The notes beneath the pieces are model-generated. The model searched no databases and was not told the DNA's origin. It saw only the letters and a program-made list of their open reading frames with translations. DNA of 64,000 bases from an uncultured cyanobacterium (GTDB lineage Bacteria; Cyanobacteriota; Cyanobacteriia; Pseudanabaenales; Pseudanabaenaceae): assembly GCA_963703315.1 (NCBI GenBank), contig OY969811.1, forward strand, positions 1,664,001 to 1,728,000, in the 5' to 3' direction. The translations under genes were made by a program, and so were the position numbers. Position 1 is the first letter of the stretch, and each line of letters starts with the position of its first letter. Of the stretch, positions 42,672-52,806 are shown piece by piece.

Positions 42672-43931
42672 TTACGTAAATTCTTTTAATGCCGATCGCA
42701 ACATTGCCGCAGTTTCATAGTTATGTTGCTGCTCATGGAGTTGGATGGCTCTGGTAAAAGCAGCGATCGCCTCGGGGAAATGTCCGACTTTCATCATTAC
42801 CACACCGAGATTTTGATGAGCATCAGCATAATTTGGTTCTAGGCTAATTGCTTTTTGATAAGCAGCGATCGCCTCGGTAAAATGTCCTGATGTTTTGAGC
42901 GCAATTCCGTAATTAAAATATCCTTGAGCAAAATTTGGAGCAATTTGAGTCACCTTTTCAAAATAGGCGATCGCTTCTAGTTGATGAAGTTCTTGATAGA
43001 TATTTCCTAAATTGAGATAAGCCGAAAGTTTAACTAGATTTGGGACATCTAGGGCAATTACCTGTGCATAAGCATTCTTGGCTGATTCCCAATCCTCATT
43101 TTGTTGATAGGCAAGCCCCAAGTGATAATAAATCTCACAGCGTATTAATTTCTGTTGATCGGTATCATCAATTAATGCCAATCCTTTTTGTAATAGCTCA
43201 ATCCCCAAAGAGCGATCGCCCTCTTGCGTACTACTAATATACAAAGCACCCAATTTGTTGAGCATATAACTATCATTAGGAAATGATTCTAAATGCTTAT
43301 GCATCAACTGTTTTGCAAACTCATACTTATGCTTAATTTGAATTTCGCTATCTGTATAACCGTAATGCCGTAAAACAGGAATTTCCACATCAACTACTTG
43401 CCAATGAGGTTCTTGTGCTTGTAAATCGGTAATGGATTGATCAATAGATTCGTGATAGATGCCTGCAAATTTAATCGCAGGATGATTACGAAATAGCCGT
43501 AATACAAGGGAATAGGGAGCTTGCTTAGTGGCTATTTCTGATCGCAAAAGATTCACTGCTAGACAATCCTGCCGTTGCATCACTTTTTGTAAAGGGTTGA
43601 TCGCACTTTGCTCTAAGACCTCATCGGCATCAATGACTAAGATCCATTTACCTTTAGCCTGTGCGATCGCATAGTTCCGCGCCTGTGAGAAATCATCACA
43701 CCACTCAAAATCAAATACTCGCGCCTGATATTTCTTAGCAATGTCAACGGTGCGATCGCTTGAGCCTGTATCGACAACGATAATTTCATTGGAGATCGCC
43801 TTTAAACTTTCTAAACATTGCGGTAAACGTTTCTCCTCATTTTTGACAATCAGGCAAGCGCTTAACAAAGTCGGAGATGGCGATTTGGCAAATCCTTTTG
43901 CGGTAGATTTAGCAGTTTTGGCGCAGGACAT
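42672..43931 (-). CDS. GT2 glycosyltransferase with C-terminal TPRs
   Basis: LSACLIVKNEE, VVDTGSSD, WCDDFSQARN, IDADE; several TPR repeats. Confidence 0.92.
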   Translation of the reverse strand: MSCAKTAKSTAKGFAKSPSPTLLSACLIVKNEEKRLPQCLESLKAISNEIIVVDTGSSDRTVDIAKKYQARVFDFEWCDDFSQARNYAIAQAKGKWILVIDADEVLEQSAINPLQKVMQRQDCLAVNLLRSEIATKQAPYSLVLRLFRNHPAIKFAGIYHESIDQSITDLQAQEPHWQVVDVEIPVLRHYGYTDSEIQIKHKYEFAKQLMHKHLESFPNDSYMLNKLGALYISSTQEGDRSLGIELLQKGLALIDDTDQQKLIRCEIYYHLGLAYQQNEDWESAKNAYAQVIALDVPNLVKLSAYLNLGNIYQELHQLEAIAYFEKVTQIAPNFAQGYFNYGIALKTSGHFTEAIAAYQKAISLEPNYADAHQNLGVVMMKVGHFPEAIAAFTRAIQLHEQQHNYETAAMLRSALKEFT

Positions 43932-43946
43932 CGCAAATCTCGGCGT

Positions 43947-44768
43947 TTATTTACTAACTTTATTCCGTTCTAGATCAAATCGATAGGCTTGGAATCCAGT
44001 GAAATTTGCTCTTTTTTCAGAATTAGGAAGTGCCATTGCCACGTGTTCAAAAGGTGACAGGTGAGCAGGTTTAGAAGTTAATAGGCGATCGTGCAGCTTC
44101 ACATCATCAGCGAGACTCCTTACACCATCATGATTAAGATAACTAACTCTCGCACAGCGTCCTACTGCCACTTTAATCAATTCGTTAATATCACTAATTT
44201 CGTCAATATCTTCTTGTTTAATTAATGGCAAATGCCATTCCCCTGAGGCTAATTGTTTCGGCTGACTGGCATCATAGGCAGCTTTCATTTTATTAGCAAG
44301 AGCTTGGATTTCAGGCTGTGCGTCAGGATGACAGCGCTGTTCAAAAAAGTTTTGATATTCAGTTCCCGAACAAATTACGGTAATCGTAGAGAATGGTTCC
44401 AAAAGACGATTGACAACTTGTTTGTGAATGCCAATATGCACTAACTGTTTGGCATGACGAATAGCGTCATTTTTGGCTTCTTTCCATACTTCCATTGCGG
44501 CTTGCATCTCGGCTTCCGTAACTTCCGTTTGGGCGGACATTCCCTTTTGATTTTTACCCCAATGTAATGGATAGACTTCTTGACTCTCGACGAGTTTGAT
44601 CATCTTCTCGACGGGAATGGCACGACTGCTGCTGCTATTTTTGCTAAGCATTCGATGGGTCATGAATTCTGAGTGAATCATGCGGTGGTAGGTCAGCACA
44701 AAAGTAGTCAGGCGATCGCCTGTTAAGTTAGTGCTATCAGCAATGATTGCAGCTTGGGGTTGAAACAT
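43947..44768 (-). CDS. thyX: FAD-dependent thymidylate synthase (ThyX), divergent phage-like subfamily
   Basis: IHSEFMTHRMLSKNSSSSRAIP (HRx7S motif), HKQVVNRLLEPF, R..PDAQPEI, RCARVSY, HLSPFEH. Confidence 0.8.
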   Translation of the reverse strand: MFQPQAAIIADSTNLTGDRLTTFVLTYHRMIHSEFMTHRMLSKNSSSSRAIPVEKMIKLVESQEVYPLHWGKNQKGMSAQTEVTEAEMQAAMEVWKEAKNDAIRHAKQLVHIGIHKQVVNRLLEPFSTITVICSGTEYQNFFEQRCHPDAQPEIQALANKMKAAYDASQPKQLASGEWHLPLIKQEDIDEISDINELIKVAVGRCARVSYLNHDGVRSLADDVKLHDRLLTSKPAHLSPFEHVAMALPNSEKRANFTGFQAYRFDLERNKVSK

Positions 44769-44885
44769 GATGCTTAATTCTTAACTCATATAAAACAAAA
44801 TTATTTCCCCGCCTTTGGCGGGGAAATAATTTTCTATAGCAATATACCAGCGACTGACCAATATTATGTCGCTATGCTTTGTGAA

Positions 44886-44967
44886 TGCGGAACGGGGGAC
44901 TTGAACCCCCAAGTCTTTCAACACATGTACCTGAAACATGCGCGTCTACCAATTCCGCCAGTTCCGC
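44886..44967 (-). tRNA. trnL: tRNA-Leu (CAG)
   Basis: GCGGAAC acceptor stem, TGGCGGAATTGGTAGACGC D arm, anticodon loop TTCAGGT, long variable arm, GGTTCAAGTCC T loop; CCA not encoded. Confidence 0.95.
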
Positions 44968-45316
44968 ATTTGGTTGTTTTCAACTAGTAGCTGTTAGCAC
45001 TTAGCTATTAGCTTGTGAGTTAGATGCTGCTAGCATGGCACTCGCAGATATTAAGTCTGCTGTAAAAATTGCATAATGTCAATACTGCCTAACTCATGAC
45101 CGCAATTCTCGATTTGTGGCGAGGCTTCGCCGCACCACAAAAAATTGGTTCCAATCGTTAATTATCGTTAACTTTTTCCGCTTCTATATGGAGATAATGA
45201 CACAATCTACAGTAAAGCGATAGGAATACCGCCCTATAGGGCTGGTGATTTTTCCTGTAATCTTGTATCTTAGATGTGTAAAAGCGAAAATTGCATTCCA
45301 ACACCACAATAAAACT

Positions 45317-45958
45317 ATGACACTGCGTTTAGGCGATACCGTACCCGATTTTACTCAAGACTCCACTGAAGGCGTGATTAACTTTCATGAGTGGATCGGC
45401 GATAGCTGGGCAATTTTATTCTCTCACCCCAAAGACTTCACCCCTGTTTGTACCACTGAGCTAGGAACCGTTGCTAAGCTCAAATCAGAATTTGATAAGC
45501 GCAATATTAAGGCGATCGCGTTGAGTGTTGATGGCGTTGAATCACACAAAGGTTGGGTTGGCGATATCGAAGAAACTCAAGGCGCTACCCTTAACTATCC
45601 AATTTTGGCTGATGAAGACAAAAAAGTTTCCGAACTTTATGACATGATTCACCCTAACTCCGCGACAGGTAATACTTTGACTGTGCGATCGGTGTTTATC
45701 ATTGACTCCAACAAAAAACTTCGCCTCAGTCTGACCTATCCTGCTAGCACAGGACGCAACTTTGATGAAATCTTGCGCGTAATTGATTCATTACAATTGA
45801 CCGACAACTACAGCGTTGCTACACCCGCTAACTGGAAAGATGGCGATGATTGCGTAATTGTACCTTCTGTTTCTAATGAGGAAGCGAAAACTAAGTTTCC
45901 TAAAGGTTTTAATCCTGTAAAACCATACTTGCGCTTGACTCCCCAACCTAACAAGTAA
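45317..45958 (+). CDS. 1-Cys peroxiredoxin (Prx6)
   Basis: FSHPKDFTPVCTTELG, YPASTGRNFDEILR, ATPANW. Confidence 0.95.
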   Translation: MTLRLGDTVPDFTQDSTEGVINFHEWIGDSWAILFSHPKDFTPVCTTELGTVAKLKSEFDKRNIKAIALSVDGVESHKGWVGDIEETQGATLNYPILADEDKKVSELYDMIHPNSATGNTLTVRSVFIIDSNKKLRLSLTYPASTGRNFDEILRVIDSLQLTDNYSVATPANWKDGDDCVIVPSVSNEEAKTKFPKGFNPVKPYLRLTPQPNK

Positions 45959-45977
45959 TCGACTTCCTTGATAGTCT

Positions 45978-46064
45978 AATAATCGGCGGTGTGGGACTTA
46001 GCTCCGCACCGCCGATTATTTTTAGAGTGGCGGCGCGAAGCGCCGCCACTCTAAAAATAATCGG
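45978..46064. repeat. Two overlapping palindromes sharing CCGATTATT
   Basis: 45978-46020 and 46012-46064 (GC-GAA-GC apex). Confidence 0.8.
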
Positions 46065-46148
46065 ATTTGGGTTGATGTAAATAAAACTTTCTATTTGATT
46101 GAGGCGAAATATAAAACTTGCCAAGCAAGTTTTATATTCAATTAGTGT

Positions 46149-46460
46149 TTACCAGCTTTCGTCTTCGACCGCCGTTTTATCCCAAATTTCTAAATCTAGC
46201 TCTTCTAAATAAATAATTCCACTTTGAATTTGTTGAGTTGTTCCAGTAAGTTCTAGGGTGAACCAGCCGTCATCTTCTGGATTTTCACCAAGAAGAGCAG
46301 CAATAATAGTCACGGTTAATCCGTGCTCACAAGAAAGGCGAGAGATAATTGGCTCGCCGTAGCAACTTCTCGGTACACGCATAGCTATACGTGTAGTAGT
46401 CCGTCGCTTTTCCTCTATATTCACGGTAGCTCTGGAATCGATACATTCCGCCGCTAGCAT
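46149..46460 (-). CDS. NIL-domain protein
   Basis: EPIISRL...VTIIAALL...DGWFTLELTG. Confidence 0.8.
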   Translation of the reverse strand: MLAAECIDSRATVNIEEKRRTTTRIAMRVPRSCYGEPIISRLSCEHGLTVTIIAALLGENPEDDGWFTLELTGTTQQIQSGIIYLEELDLEIWDKTAVEDESW

Positions 46461-46674
46461 TGAAGTTTCTCCAGTGCAAATGTCTTAGTATTTTGACACT
46501 ACCATAGTAGCTAAATTTTTAAGGAAATGGAAGTGATTTGGGTCACTAATTCTATAGAAAGTGTAAATTTAGACTATCGGAAACTTTTATGATTAGTAAA
46601 CCAACAGTCTATAATCGCATTTATGAAATTATGCGGCAAACTAGGAAGCGCCGTCTATCCCATTACTAATAACT

Positions 46675-47547
46675 ATGACAACTGCAACTTTACTTGTTTC
46701 TTGCCCAGATCAAAAAGGCTTAGTGGCAAAAATATCAGACTGGGTATTTTCTCATGGGGGGAATATTCTCCATGCTGACCAACACGCTGATAGTACGGCT
46801 GGGCTATTTTTGATGCGGGTGGAGTGGGAATTAGATACTTTTGTACTTGCACGGGAAGAAATTAAGCCGACTTTTGAAAAATTGGCAACAGAAATTCAGG
46901 CAAGATGGAGCATCCATTTTTCCGATTATGTACGGCGGATTGCCATTTTTGTCTCGAAGCAGGATCACTGTTTATATGATTTGATCTTGCGGCAGCGATC
47001 GCAGGAATTTGCGGCGGTAATCCCCGTTGTGATTAGTAACCATCCCGATCTCGAAAAGGTCGCCCATAATTTTGGGATTAATTATCATCACATAGCGATC
47101 GCACCTGACAATAAGTTAGAGCAGGAAAAGAAGCAATTGGAGCTACTTAAGCAATACAAGATTGACTTAGTAGTTCTTGCAAAATATATGCAGGTGTTAA
47201 GCCCAGATTTTCTAACCCAGTTTTCGCAAGTGATTAATATCCATCATTCATTTTTACCAGCCTTTGCAGGAGCAAATCCCTATCAAAGAGCCTATAAACG
47301 AGGTGTAAAGATTATTGGGGCGACCGCTCACTATGTCACCGATGAGCTTGATGAGGGACCAATCATTGAGCAGGATGTAATTCGAGTTTCCCATCGTGAT
47401 TCGGTTACGGATTTAATCCGTAAAGGTAAAGATCTAGAGCGAGTTGTACTGGCGAGAGCCGTAAGGCAGCATTTACAAAATCGGGTCTTGGTTTATGGAC
47501 AATCGGCTAGCTCAGGCTTGGGATTGCGAACTGTGGTGTTTGACTAG
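46675..47547 (+). CDS. purU: Formyltetrahydrofolate deformylase
   Basis: ACT domain CPDQKGLVA, INIHHSFLPAFAGA, GATAHYVTDELDEGPII. Confidence 0.96.
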   Translation: MTTATLLVSCPDQKGLVAKISDWVFSHGGNILHADQHADSTAGLFLMRVEWELDTFVLAREEIKPTFEKLATEIQARWSIHFSDYVRRIAIFVSKQDHCLYDLILRQRSQEFAAVIPVVISNHPDLEKVAHNFGINYHHIAIAPDNKLEQEKKQLELLKQYKIDLVVLAKYMQVLSPDFLTQFSQVINIHHSFLPAFAGANPYQRAYKRGVKIIGATAHYVTDELDEGPIIEQDVIRVSHRDSVTDLIRKGKDLERVVLARAVRQHLQNRVLVYGQSASSGLGLRTVVFD

Positions 47548-47548
47548 T

Positions 47549-47630
47549 AAAACCAGAAGAGAGTGGCGGTGCGAAGCGCCGCCACTCTCTTCTGGTTTTT
47601 TGTAGTGCGGCTTTGCCGCACTACAAAAAA
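47549..47630. repeat. Two adjoining palindromes sharing a T-run
   Basis: AAAACCAGAAGAGAGTGGCGG...GAA... and TTTTTTGTAGTGCGGC-TTT-GCCGCACTACAAAAAA. Confidence 0.8.
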
Positions 47631-47710
47631 TCGCGTTTCTCGATGTTACTGATTTTGGGTTATGTTATTAGGATCACAAATTTTAATAATTTTTATTCAA
47701 GGTTTAAAAC

Positions 47711-48052
47711 ATGACAGCAAAAATACAGTTAGCGATCGGTATTGATGAAGAAGCTTCAGATGTAAAAATCACGCGGTCTAAAGATGGAGATACCAGCGTT
47801 GCTGTGTTTTTCTTTAATGCACCTAACTGTATGACTGGTGCAACTGCTAGCACTAACGAAATTTTAGGAATGTATATGATTGATGAAGAAGGTGAAATTA
47901 TCACTCGCAATGTCAATGCGAAATTCATCAATGGTAAATCAGCAGGAATTGAAGCAATTCATAAAATCAATGGACAAAATGAATGGGAACGCTTTTTGAG
48001 ATTTATGAATCGCTATGCTGAAGCTAATGGCATGAGTCTCAATAAAGCCTAA
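47711..48052 (+). CDS. psb28: Photosystem II assembly protein Psb28
   Basis: IQ...GIDE...DVKITRSKDG, GMYMIDEEGEI, WERFLRFMNRYA. Confidence 0.93.
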   Translation: MTAKIQLAIGIDEEASDVKITRSKDGDTSVAVFFFNAPNCMTGATASTNEILGMYMIDEEGEIITRNVNAKFINGKSAGIEAIHKINGQNEWERFLRFMNRYAEANGMSLNKA

Positions 48053-48055
48053 TAT

Positions 48056-48139
48056 AAAACTTATAGCGCACGTGCAGCGTGCGCTATAAGTTTTTAAAGA
48101 ATTTAAAGAAAAAGCCGCGCGTTGCGCGGCTTTTTCTTT
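48056..48139. terminator. Two hairpins between convergent psb28 and hemH
   Basis: AAAACTTATAGCGCACG...CGTGCGCTATAAGTTTT and AAAGAAAAAGCCGCGC-GTT-GCGCGGCTTTTTCTTT. Confidence 0.75.
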
Positions 48140-48148
48140 TGAGATAAT

Positions 48149-49159
48149 TCAAGCAGCGATCGCTGCCATTTTTGTGCCGAGCGATTCCATCACTAACTCA
48201 GCCAAATCATTGATGAATACGGGATGACTATTTAAAGCTGGCACACGATCAAAGTTATGAATACCCGCCTCTTCAGCAACTTCCCGATATTCGATATCAA
48301 TTTCCTGCAAAGTCTCAATATGTTCAGACACAAAGCTGATAGGAACTACCAAAAGGTCATTCACCCCACGCTTAGCCAGATTCTTAATTGCTTCTTCTGT
48401 ATAGGGCTGTAGCCACTCAACAGGACCAACCCGACTTTGATAGGCAAGGGTATGGGCGTTATAGCGATGATAATCTCGACGTAATGCTTTCATAATTCCA
48501 TCAACACAGTTTTCCATTTCCGATTGATAGGGATCATCATATTTTGTGACATATTTGACTGGTACACCATGAGCGCTGAAGAAAATATGTACATTCTCAG
48601 GGTTGGCAAAAGCTTGTAATTTCGCATCGATCAGTTCATTCATGGCGCGAATGTAGCCAGTCCGCTCATACCAAGATTTGATTGTGATTTTTTCGATCGC
48701 TTGGAGTTCAGGATCATTTGCCCATGCTTCATCGAGAGCCTTGATACTAGAACCACTGGTACTAATGGAGTATTGCGGATAAAGAGGTAAGACGACAAGG
48801 CGTGTAATACCATCTTGTTTAATTTGGGCGATCGCCTCCTCGGTGTAGGGATGCCAGTAGCGCATGGCTACATAGACTTTGGCATCAACACCATGACGTT
48901 GCAATACGTTCTCAATATTTTCGCCCTGTTCTTCTGTAATCTGACGCAAAGGTGAGCCACCACCAATCATTCTGTAGTTTTCTTGACTGATCGGCGCTCG
49001 ACTAGCTGCAATCAGTGAGGCGATCGGCTTTTGCAAAAATGGAATCGGCAGACGAATAATTTCTGGATCGGCGAATAAGTTATACAAGAAAAGATAGACA
49101 TCTTCTAACTTTTCAGGACCTCCTAAATTTAACAGCAATACTCCAACGCGACCAGACAT
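48149..49159 (-). CDS. hemH: Ferrochelatase, without a C-terminal CAB domain
   Basis: [43 protein letters not shown]. Confidence 0.95.
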   Translation of the reverse strand: MSGRVGVLLLNLGGPEKLEDVYLFLYNLFADPEIIRLPIPFLQKPIASLIAASRAPISQENYRMIGGGSPLRQITEEQGENIENVLQRHGVDAKVYVAMRYWHPYTEEAIAQIKQDGITRLVVLPLYPQYSISTSGSSIKALDEAWANDPELQAIEKITIKSWYERTGYIRAMNELIDAKLQAFANPENVHIFFSAHGVPVKYVTKYDDPYQSEMENCVDGIMKALRRDYHRYNAHTLAYQSRVGPVEWLQPYTEEAIKNLAKRGVNDLLVVPISFVSEHIETLQEIDIEYREVAEEAGIHNFDRVPALNSHPVFINDLAELVMESLGTKMAAIAA

Positions 49160-49413
49160 AAAACAATTTCCTTGATTTTATAAATTGATAATTAAATTAA
49201 TAGAGATAAAAAATAATTAGAAAAAAATTTGCTTCGGCAGGGAAACAATCCTCTTTACCTTGCTTGAGAAGCATTAAATGAAATTTATTGAAATTTATAA
49301 ATTTATTAAATTAAATTAAATGAAGTTTGAAAACTCTTTATAAATCTTAGTCTAAGTTATAGATAACTATAAGCCTTTGTTCTGAACTCCTGATGACTAA
49401 AAGCAGAGTGACA

Positions 49414-49818
49414 CTAGACGTTACTCTGCTTTTGTTGCTTGTCTAACCAGTGCTTGACGCAGGATTCTAGTAAATCTATATCCAAGGGCTTTGTCAGATA
49501 ATCATCACAACCCGAAGCGATCGCTGCTTCTTTGTCGCCCTTCATTGCATGGGCAGTAACCGCAATAATTGGGATTTGGGCTGTGCGATCGCTAGCCTTG
49601 AGTTGCCTCGCGACTTCCCAGCCATCGATCTCTGGTAAAGACAAATCTAGCAAAATCAGATCAGGTTGATGAGTTTCCAACCAATCTAAAGCTGCTTGAC
49701 CATCTTGAATACAAGTGACGCGATAGCCTGAATCTTGAAACACCTGTTCCACCAAAACTTGGTTATCAGGTGCATCTTCAACCACTAAGATTAGCGATGG
49801 GCTGTTAAATGCGGGCAT
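49414..49818 (-). CDS. Single-domain response regulator (DivK-like)
   Basis: LVVED, DLILLDLSLP, AVTAHAM, YLTKP. Confidence 0.9.
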   Translation of the reverse strand: MPAFNSPSLILVVEDAPDNQVLVEQVFQDSGYRVTCIQDGQAALDWLETHQPDLILLDLSLPEIDGWEVARQLKASDRTAQIPIIAVTAHAMKGDKEAAIASGCDDYLTKPLDIDLLESCVKHWLDKQQKQSNV

Positions 49819-50770
49819 AGTTGCTGAGCGGTTCTTTGATGAACTTGATATAGAGATGTTTAAAAGTTGATTTTAAAACTCTGGGCATTCCAAAGTCGAT
49901 CGCCATCATCGTTTCAGGTAGTTTCCAATCCTTGCTTTGCAATTGGGCGATCGGATCGCCAACAATATCAATGGCATCCAGATCGCTGCATAATCCTGTG
50001 CGAATGGCGGCGGCAACCGTCGGTACATCGAGAGGCTTAACTCCAAGGATCTCCACCATAACGCGATCGAGGGCAAAAACATCACAGGAAGCAGCTAAAA
50101 CTCCTAAATCTTTGGGTTCACCAGCACTAGGACCATTACCTTCATGTCCGACAATACCATCAAGGATTGTCAATTCAGGATTAATTGTTCTGGCAGTCTC
50201 AATTAGCATTTGCGCGAATCTTTTGACATCCTTACCTGCCTCCATGTGCCACCAAGCTTTCATTTTGCCAGGGACACAGCCAAACAAATTTTTGACACCC
50301 AGAGTAAGGGTTAACTGCATATGTGATTTTACCTTCGGCAAATTAATTACCACATCTGCATCCATCGCTTCTTTACTCAAGCGCAAGTGGTTGAGTTCGC
50401 CTTCACCATTAGTTTCGTAACGTCTACCGTGAAACTCAATAATTGGGATTCCTAATTCTTCGGCAAGGGGTAATAAGCCATTGGCTTTAGCAATCCCTTT
50501 GGCACTACCAAAAGCAGGACTATCACCTAAAAATGGTTTGCCACCTGCGTCTATGACCATCTTGGCGACACAATACACCAATTCGGGGCGAGTGGTGCAT
50601 TCTTTGGTAGGGCGTGAGCCTGTAAGCAAGTTGGGCTTGAGGAGAACGCGATCGCCTGCTTTGACGATGCTAGACATACCTCCTAGGGGTGCAAGTACAG
50701 CCTCTAGCGATCGCATCAATGATGCAGTTTCATAGCTAGAGGTATGTAGGAGACTGACGATTGGTTTCAT
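49805..50770 (-). CDS. DUF362-domain protein
   Basis: VLLKPNLL, GDSP, INLPKVKSH, KNLFG, GHEGNGP. Confidence 0.85.
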   Translation of the reverse strand: MKPIVSLLHTSSYETASLMRSLEAVLAPLGGMSSIVKAGDRVLLKPNLLTGSRPTKECTTRPELVYCVAKMVIDAGGKPFLGDSPAFGSAKGIAKANGLLPLAEELGIPIIEFHGRRYETNGEGELNHLRLSKEAMDADVVINLPKVKSHMQLTLTLGVKNLFGCVPGKMKAWWHMEAGKDVKRFAQMLIETARTINPELTILDGIVGHEGNGPSAGEPKDLGVLAASCDVFALDRVMVEILGVKPLDVPTVAAAIRTGLCSDLDAIDIVGDPIAQLQSKDWKLPETMMAIDFGMPRVLKSTFKHLYIKFIKEPLSNYARI

Positions 50771-50915
50771 GAATTTTTCTAGAAGGTGGTGAGTCAGCAA
50801 ACTATTAAAAATATAGCCTAATGCTACTCCTAATAATTTATGGTGGGGTTAATAGAGTGGCGGCACAAAGCACCGCCACTCTCAAGCAAAAAAGGTTCGC
50901 ATTGCGAACCTTTTT

Positions 50916-51551
50916 TTATGAACTAGATTGACTCCGTTTCCAATGTTGGCGATAGATTAGCTCTAACTGATTGCCAAACTTCATAAATAGCTTGCTTTGC
51001 TGGTCTTGGAGTGCCAAAAACCAACGGTGAAAGGCGGAGGTGAAAAGCGCAATAATTAAACCTGTTGCGGTTGTAATGAGAGCCTCACCAATACCTTGAG
51101 TTAGCGATCCCGATTGCGTATTTGCGGCAACATCACCAATTTTAAGGGAGCCAAAGGAAATAATTAGTCCTGTGACAGTACCTAGCAGACCTAATAAAGG
51201 TGCAAGCGTAATCACTGCTTCCAGTAATTTTTCACCCTTGAGCATTCCTGATAATTCTTCATCAGCCTTACTTTCCAGAGCAAGCCGAAATAGTTCAGGA
51301 TCAGGATCTTCTAGGGCTAGGGGTGCATACAAAAACCTTCCTACAGGAGCCTTAAATGATTGCTCAGCTACCACAGCCGCCGTTTGCAAGTCTTGCTTAG
51401 CGATCGCTAAAATATTCTCGGCAGTTTTCTGTTCTAATTTGAGGATGCCAAACCAAAAAATTAGCCGCTCCATGATTCCTGCTAAGGCAAACACCGACAG
51501 AGCCATGAGTGGGTACATGACGACCCCACCCGCCTTAATCAACTCAATCAC
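50916..51551 (-). CDS. MotA/TolQ/ExbB proton channel protein
   Basis: [35 protein letters not shown]. Confidence 0.9.
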   Translation of the reverse strand: MIELIKAGGVVMYPLMALSVFALAGIMERLIFWFGILKLEQKTAENILAIAKQDLQTAAVVAEQSFKAPVGRFLYAPLALEDPDPELFRLALESKADEELSGMLKGEKLLEAVITLAPLLGLLGTVTGLIISFGSLKIGDVAANTQSGSLTQGIGEALITTATGLIIALFTSAFHRWFLALQDQQSKLFMKFGNQLELIYRQHWKRSQSSS

Positions 51552-51927
51552 TTGGGGTTGACTCCTTTTCTTGACGCTCTCGGCTGAGTTGATTAATCAG
51601 TGAGAGTACCTTGACACCTCGCTCAAAGGAGCGATCTTCCAAAAAGACAACTTCAGGAACACGTCGTAAAGATAGTCTTTGTCCTACCTCTCGCTTAATG
51701 AAGCCTGTTGCTGAGGCTAGAGCCTCCATTGTTTGTTGTCTTGCTTCTTCAGTACCGTAGATGCTGACAAATATTTTTACGTGCTGGAGATCGCCTGATA
51801 ATTCCGCATCGGTGACACTAACCATGCCCGTGCCTACGCGATCATCTTTAATATCTTTCAGCAACATATTGCTGACTTCTCGCTTAATTAATTCGGCGAC
51901 ACGAGCAACTCGTCTTGTAGTAGCCAT
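51544..51927 (-). CDS. rbfA: Ribosome-binding factor A
   Basis: [11 protein letters not shown]...KDDRV...SGDL...LRRVPEVVF. Confidence 0.95.
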   Translation of the reverse strand: MATTRRVARVAELIKREVSNMLLKDIKDDRVGTGMVSVTDAELSGDLQHVKIFVSIYGTEEARQQTMEALASATGFIKREVGQRLSLRRVPEVVFLEDRSFERGVKVLSLINQLSRERQEKESTPSD

Positions 51928-52056
51928 ATTTTTATACTTACACCGTAAATTTAAATTTATCCCACAACTAAAAATGGCTATGCCATTTTTAGTTGTGAAA
52001 ACCCTTACTGGGTTTTGTTGATGTTAAAGATAGGTGGCGCTTTGCGTCACCTATCT

Positions 52057-52386
52057 TTAACTATTTTCGTAATGCCGACAATCTTGACAAGGACCACTAG
52101 GATTAACGGTACAGCGAATGTAAGGTGATCGCGCATTGTACTTACAACTAACTTTCCCAATCACATAACCATATCCATCAATACAAGTCATATCGGCTGG
52201 TGGCAATGCCTTGAGTCTTGGGGCTGGTGGAATGACTGCCCCATTAACTTGACCATTAATTTGACTATTCATTCGCATATAAGTTACTTGAGATCGATGT
52301 AGCATCCATAGCGATAGGATTGGTGGCGCGATCCCAAGTAATAAAATGATGATGATGTCTAACATAGTGGTTAACCTATCCAACAC
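52057..52386 (-). CDS. Small membrane protein with Cys-rich C-terminus (DUF6464-like)
   Basis: IG..SCKYNARSPYIRCTVNPSGPCQDCRHY; start uncertain. Confidence 0.75.
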   Translation of the reverse strand: MLDRLTTMLDIIIILLLGIAPPILSLWMLHRSQVTYMRMNSQINGQVNGAVIPPAPRLKALPPADMTCIDGYGYVIGKVSCKYNARSPYIRCTVNPSGPCQDCRHYENS

Positions 52387-52392
52387 ATTGAC

Positions 52393-52482
52393 AAGTATTA
52401 ATTCCCAAAGCCGTAAAGTTGCTCCCCTGCGGAGAGCAACTTTACGGCTTTGGGTTTGTAATTAATTACGTTCATCTACTTA
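52393..52482. mobile_element. Degenerate MITE-like element (CTACTTA end) with hairpin
   Basis: CCCAAAGCCGTAAAGTTGCTC...GAGCAACTTTACGGCTTTGGG; right end resembles the 10505-10610 terminus. Confidence 0.5.
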
Positions 52483-52530
52483 GTTCAATATGTTGCAAAT
52501 GAGATTTGTGAGACTAGTCTGAGCAATCTA

Positions 52531-52734
52531 TTAAGCAATGTCTAGTCCTAGCATAGCCCTTAATACTAGTGATACACCAATAAATCCACTAACTAGGGCG
52601 GTAATCATCGCGATCGCGGTTACAGGTTTTTTGAATAATGGAATAATTGGTGCAATCACAATAGACAGAACACCACCAGTAATTAAGGCTAAAAATTTAG
52701 GATAGCGCAGTAAATTGAGCAGAAAGTTTTTCAT
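52531..52734 (-). CDS. DUF751-family small membrane protein
   Basis: F..NLLRYPKF...PLFKKP..AI...LRAMLG. Confidence 0.8.
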   Translation of the reverse strand: MKNFLLNLLRYPKFLALITGGVLSIVIAPIIPLFKKPVTAIAMITALVSGFIGVSLVLRAMLGLDIA

Positions 52735-52806
52735 AGGTTTAGTCAAGTAAGTTAATTTTAATTTGTTGTTGGTGTGGCGCAGCCACACCAACAACAAATT
52801 AGTTCA

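Noticed and set aside
42672..44967. Prophage or integrative element at tRNA-Leu
   Set aside because: No integrase, structural genes or att duplication, and the genes contain HIP1 sites like the core genome
46620..46674. ZTP or c-di-GMP riboswitch before purU (GGCAAAC)
   Set aside because: The remaining conserved motifs and helices are absent
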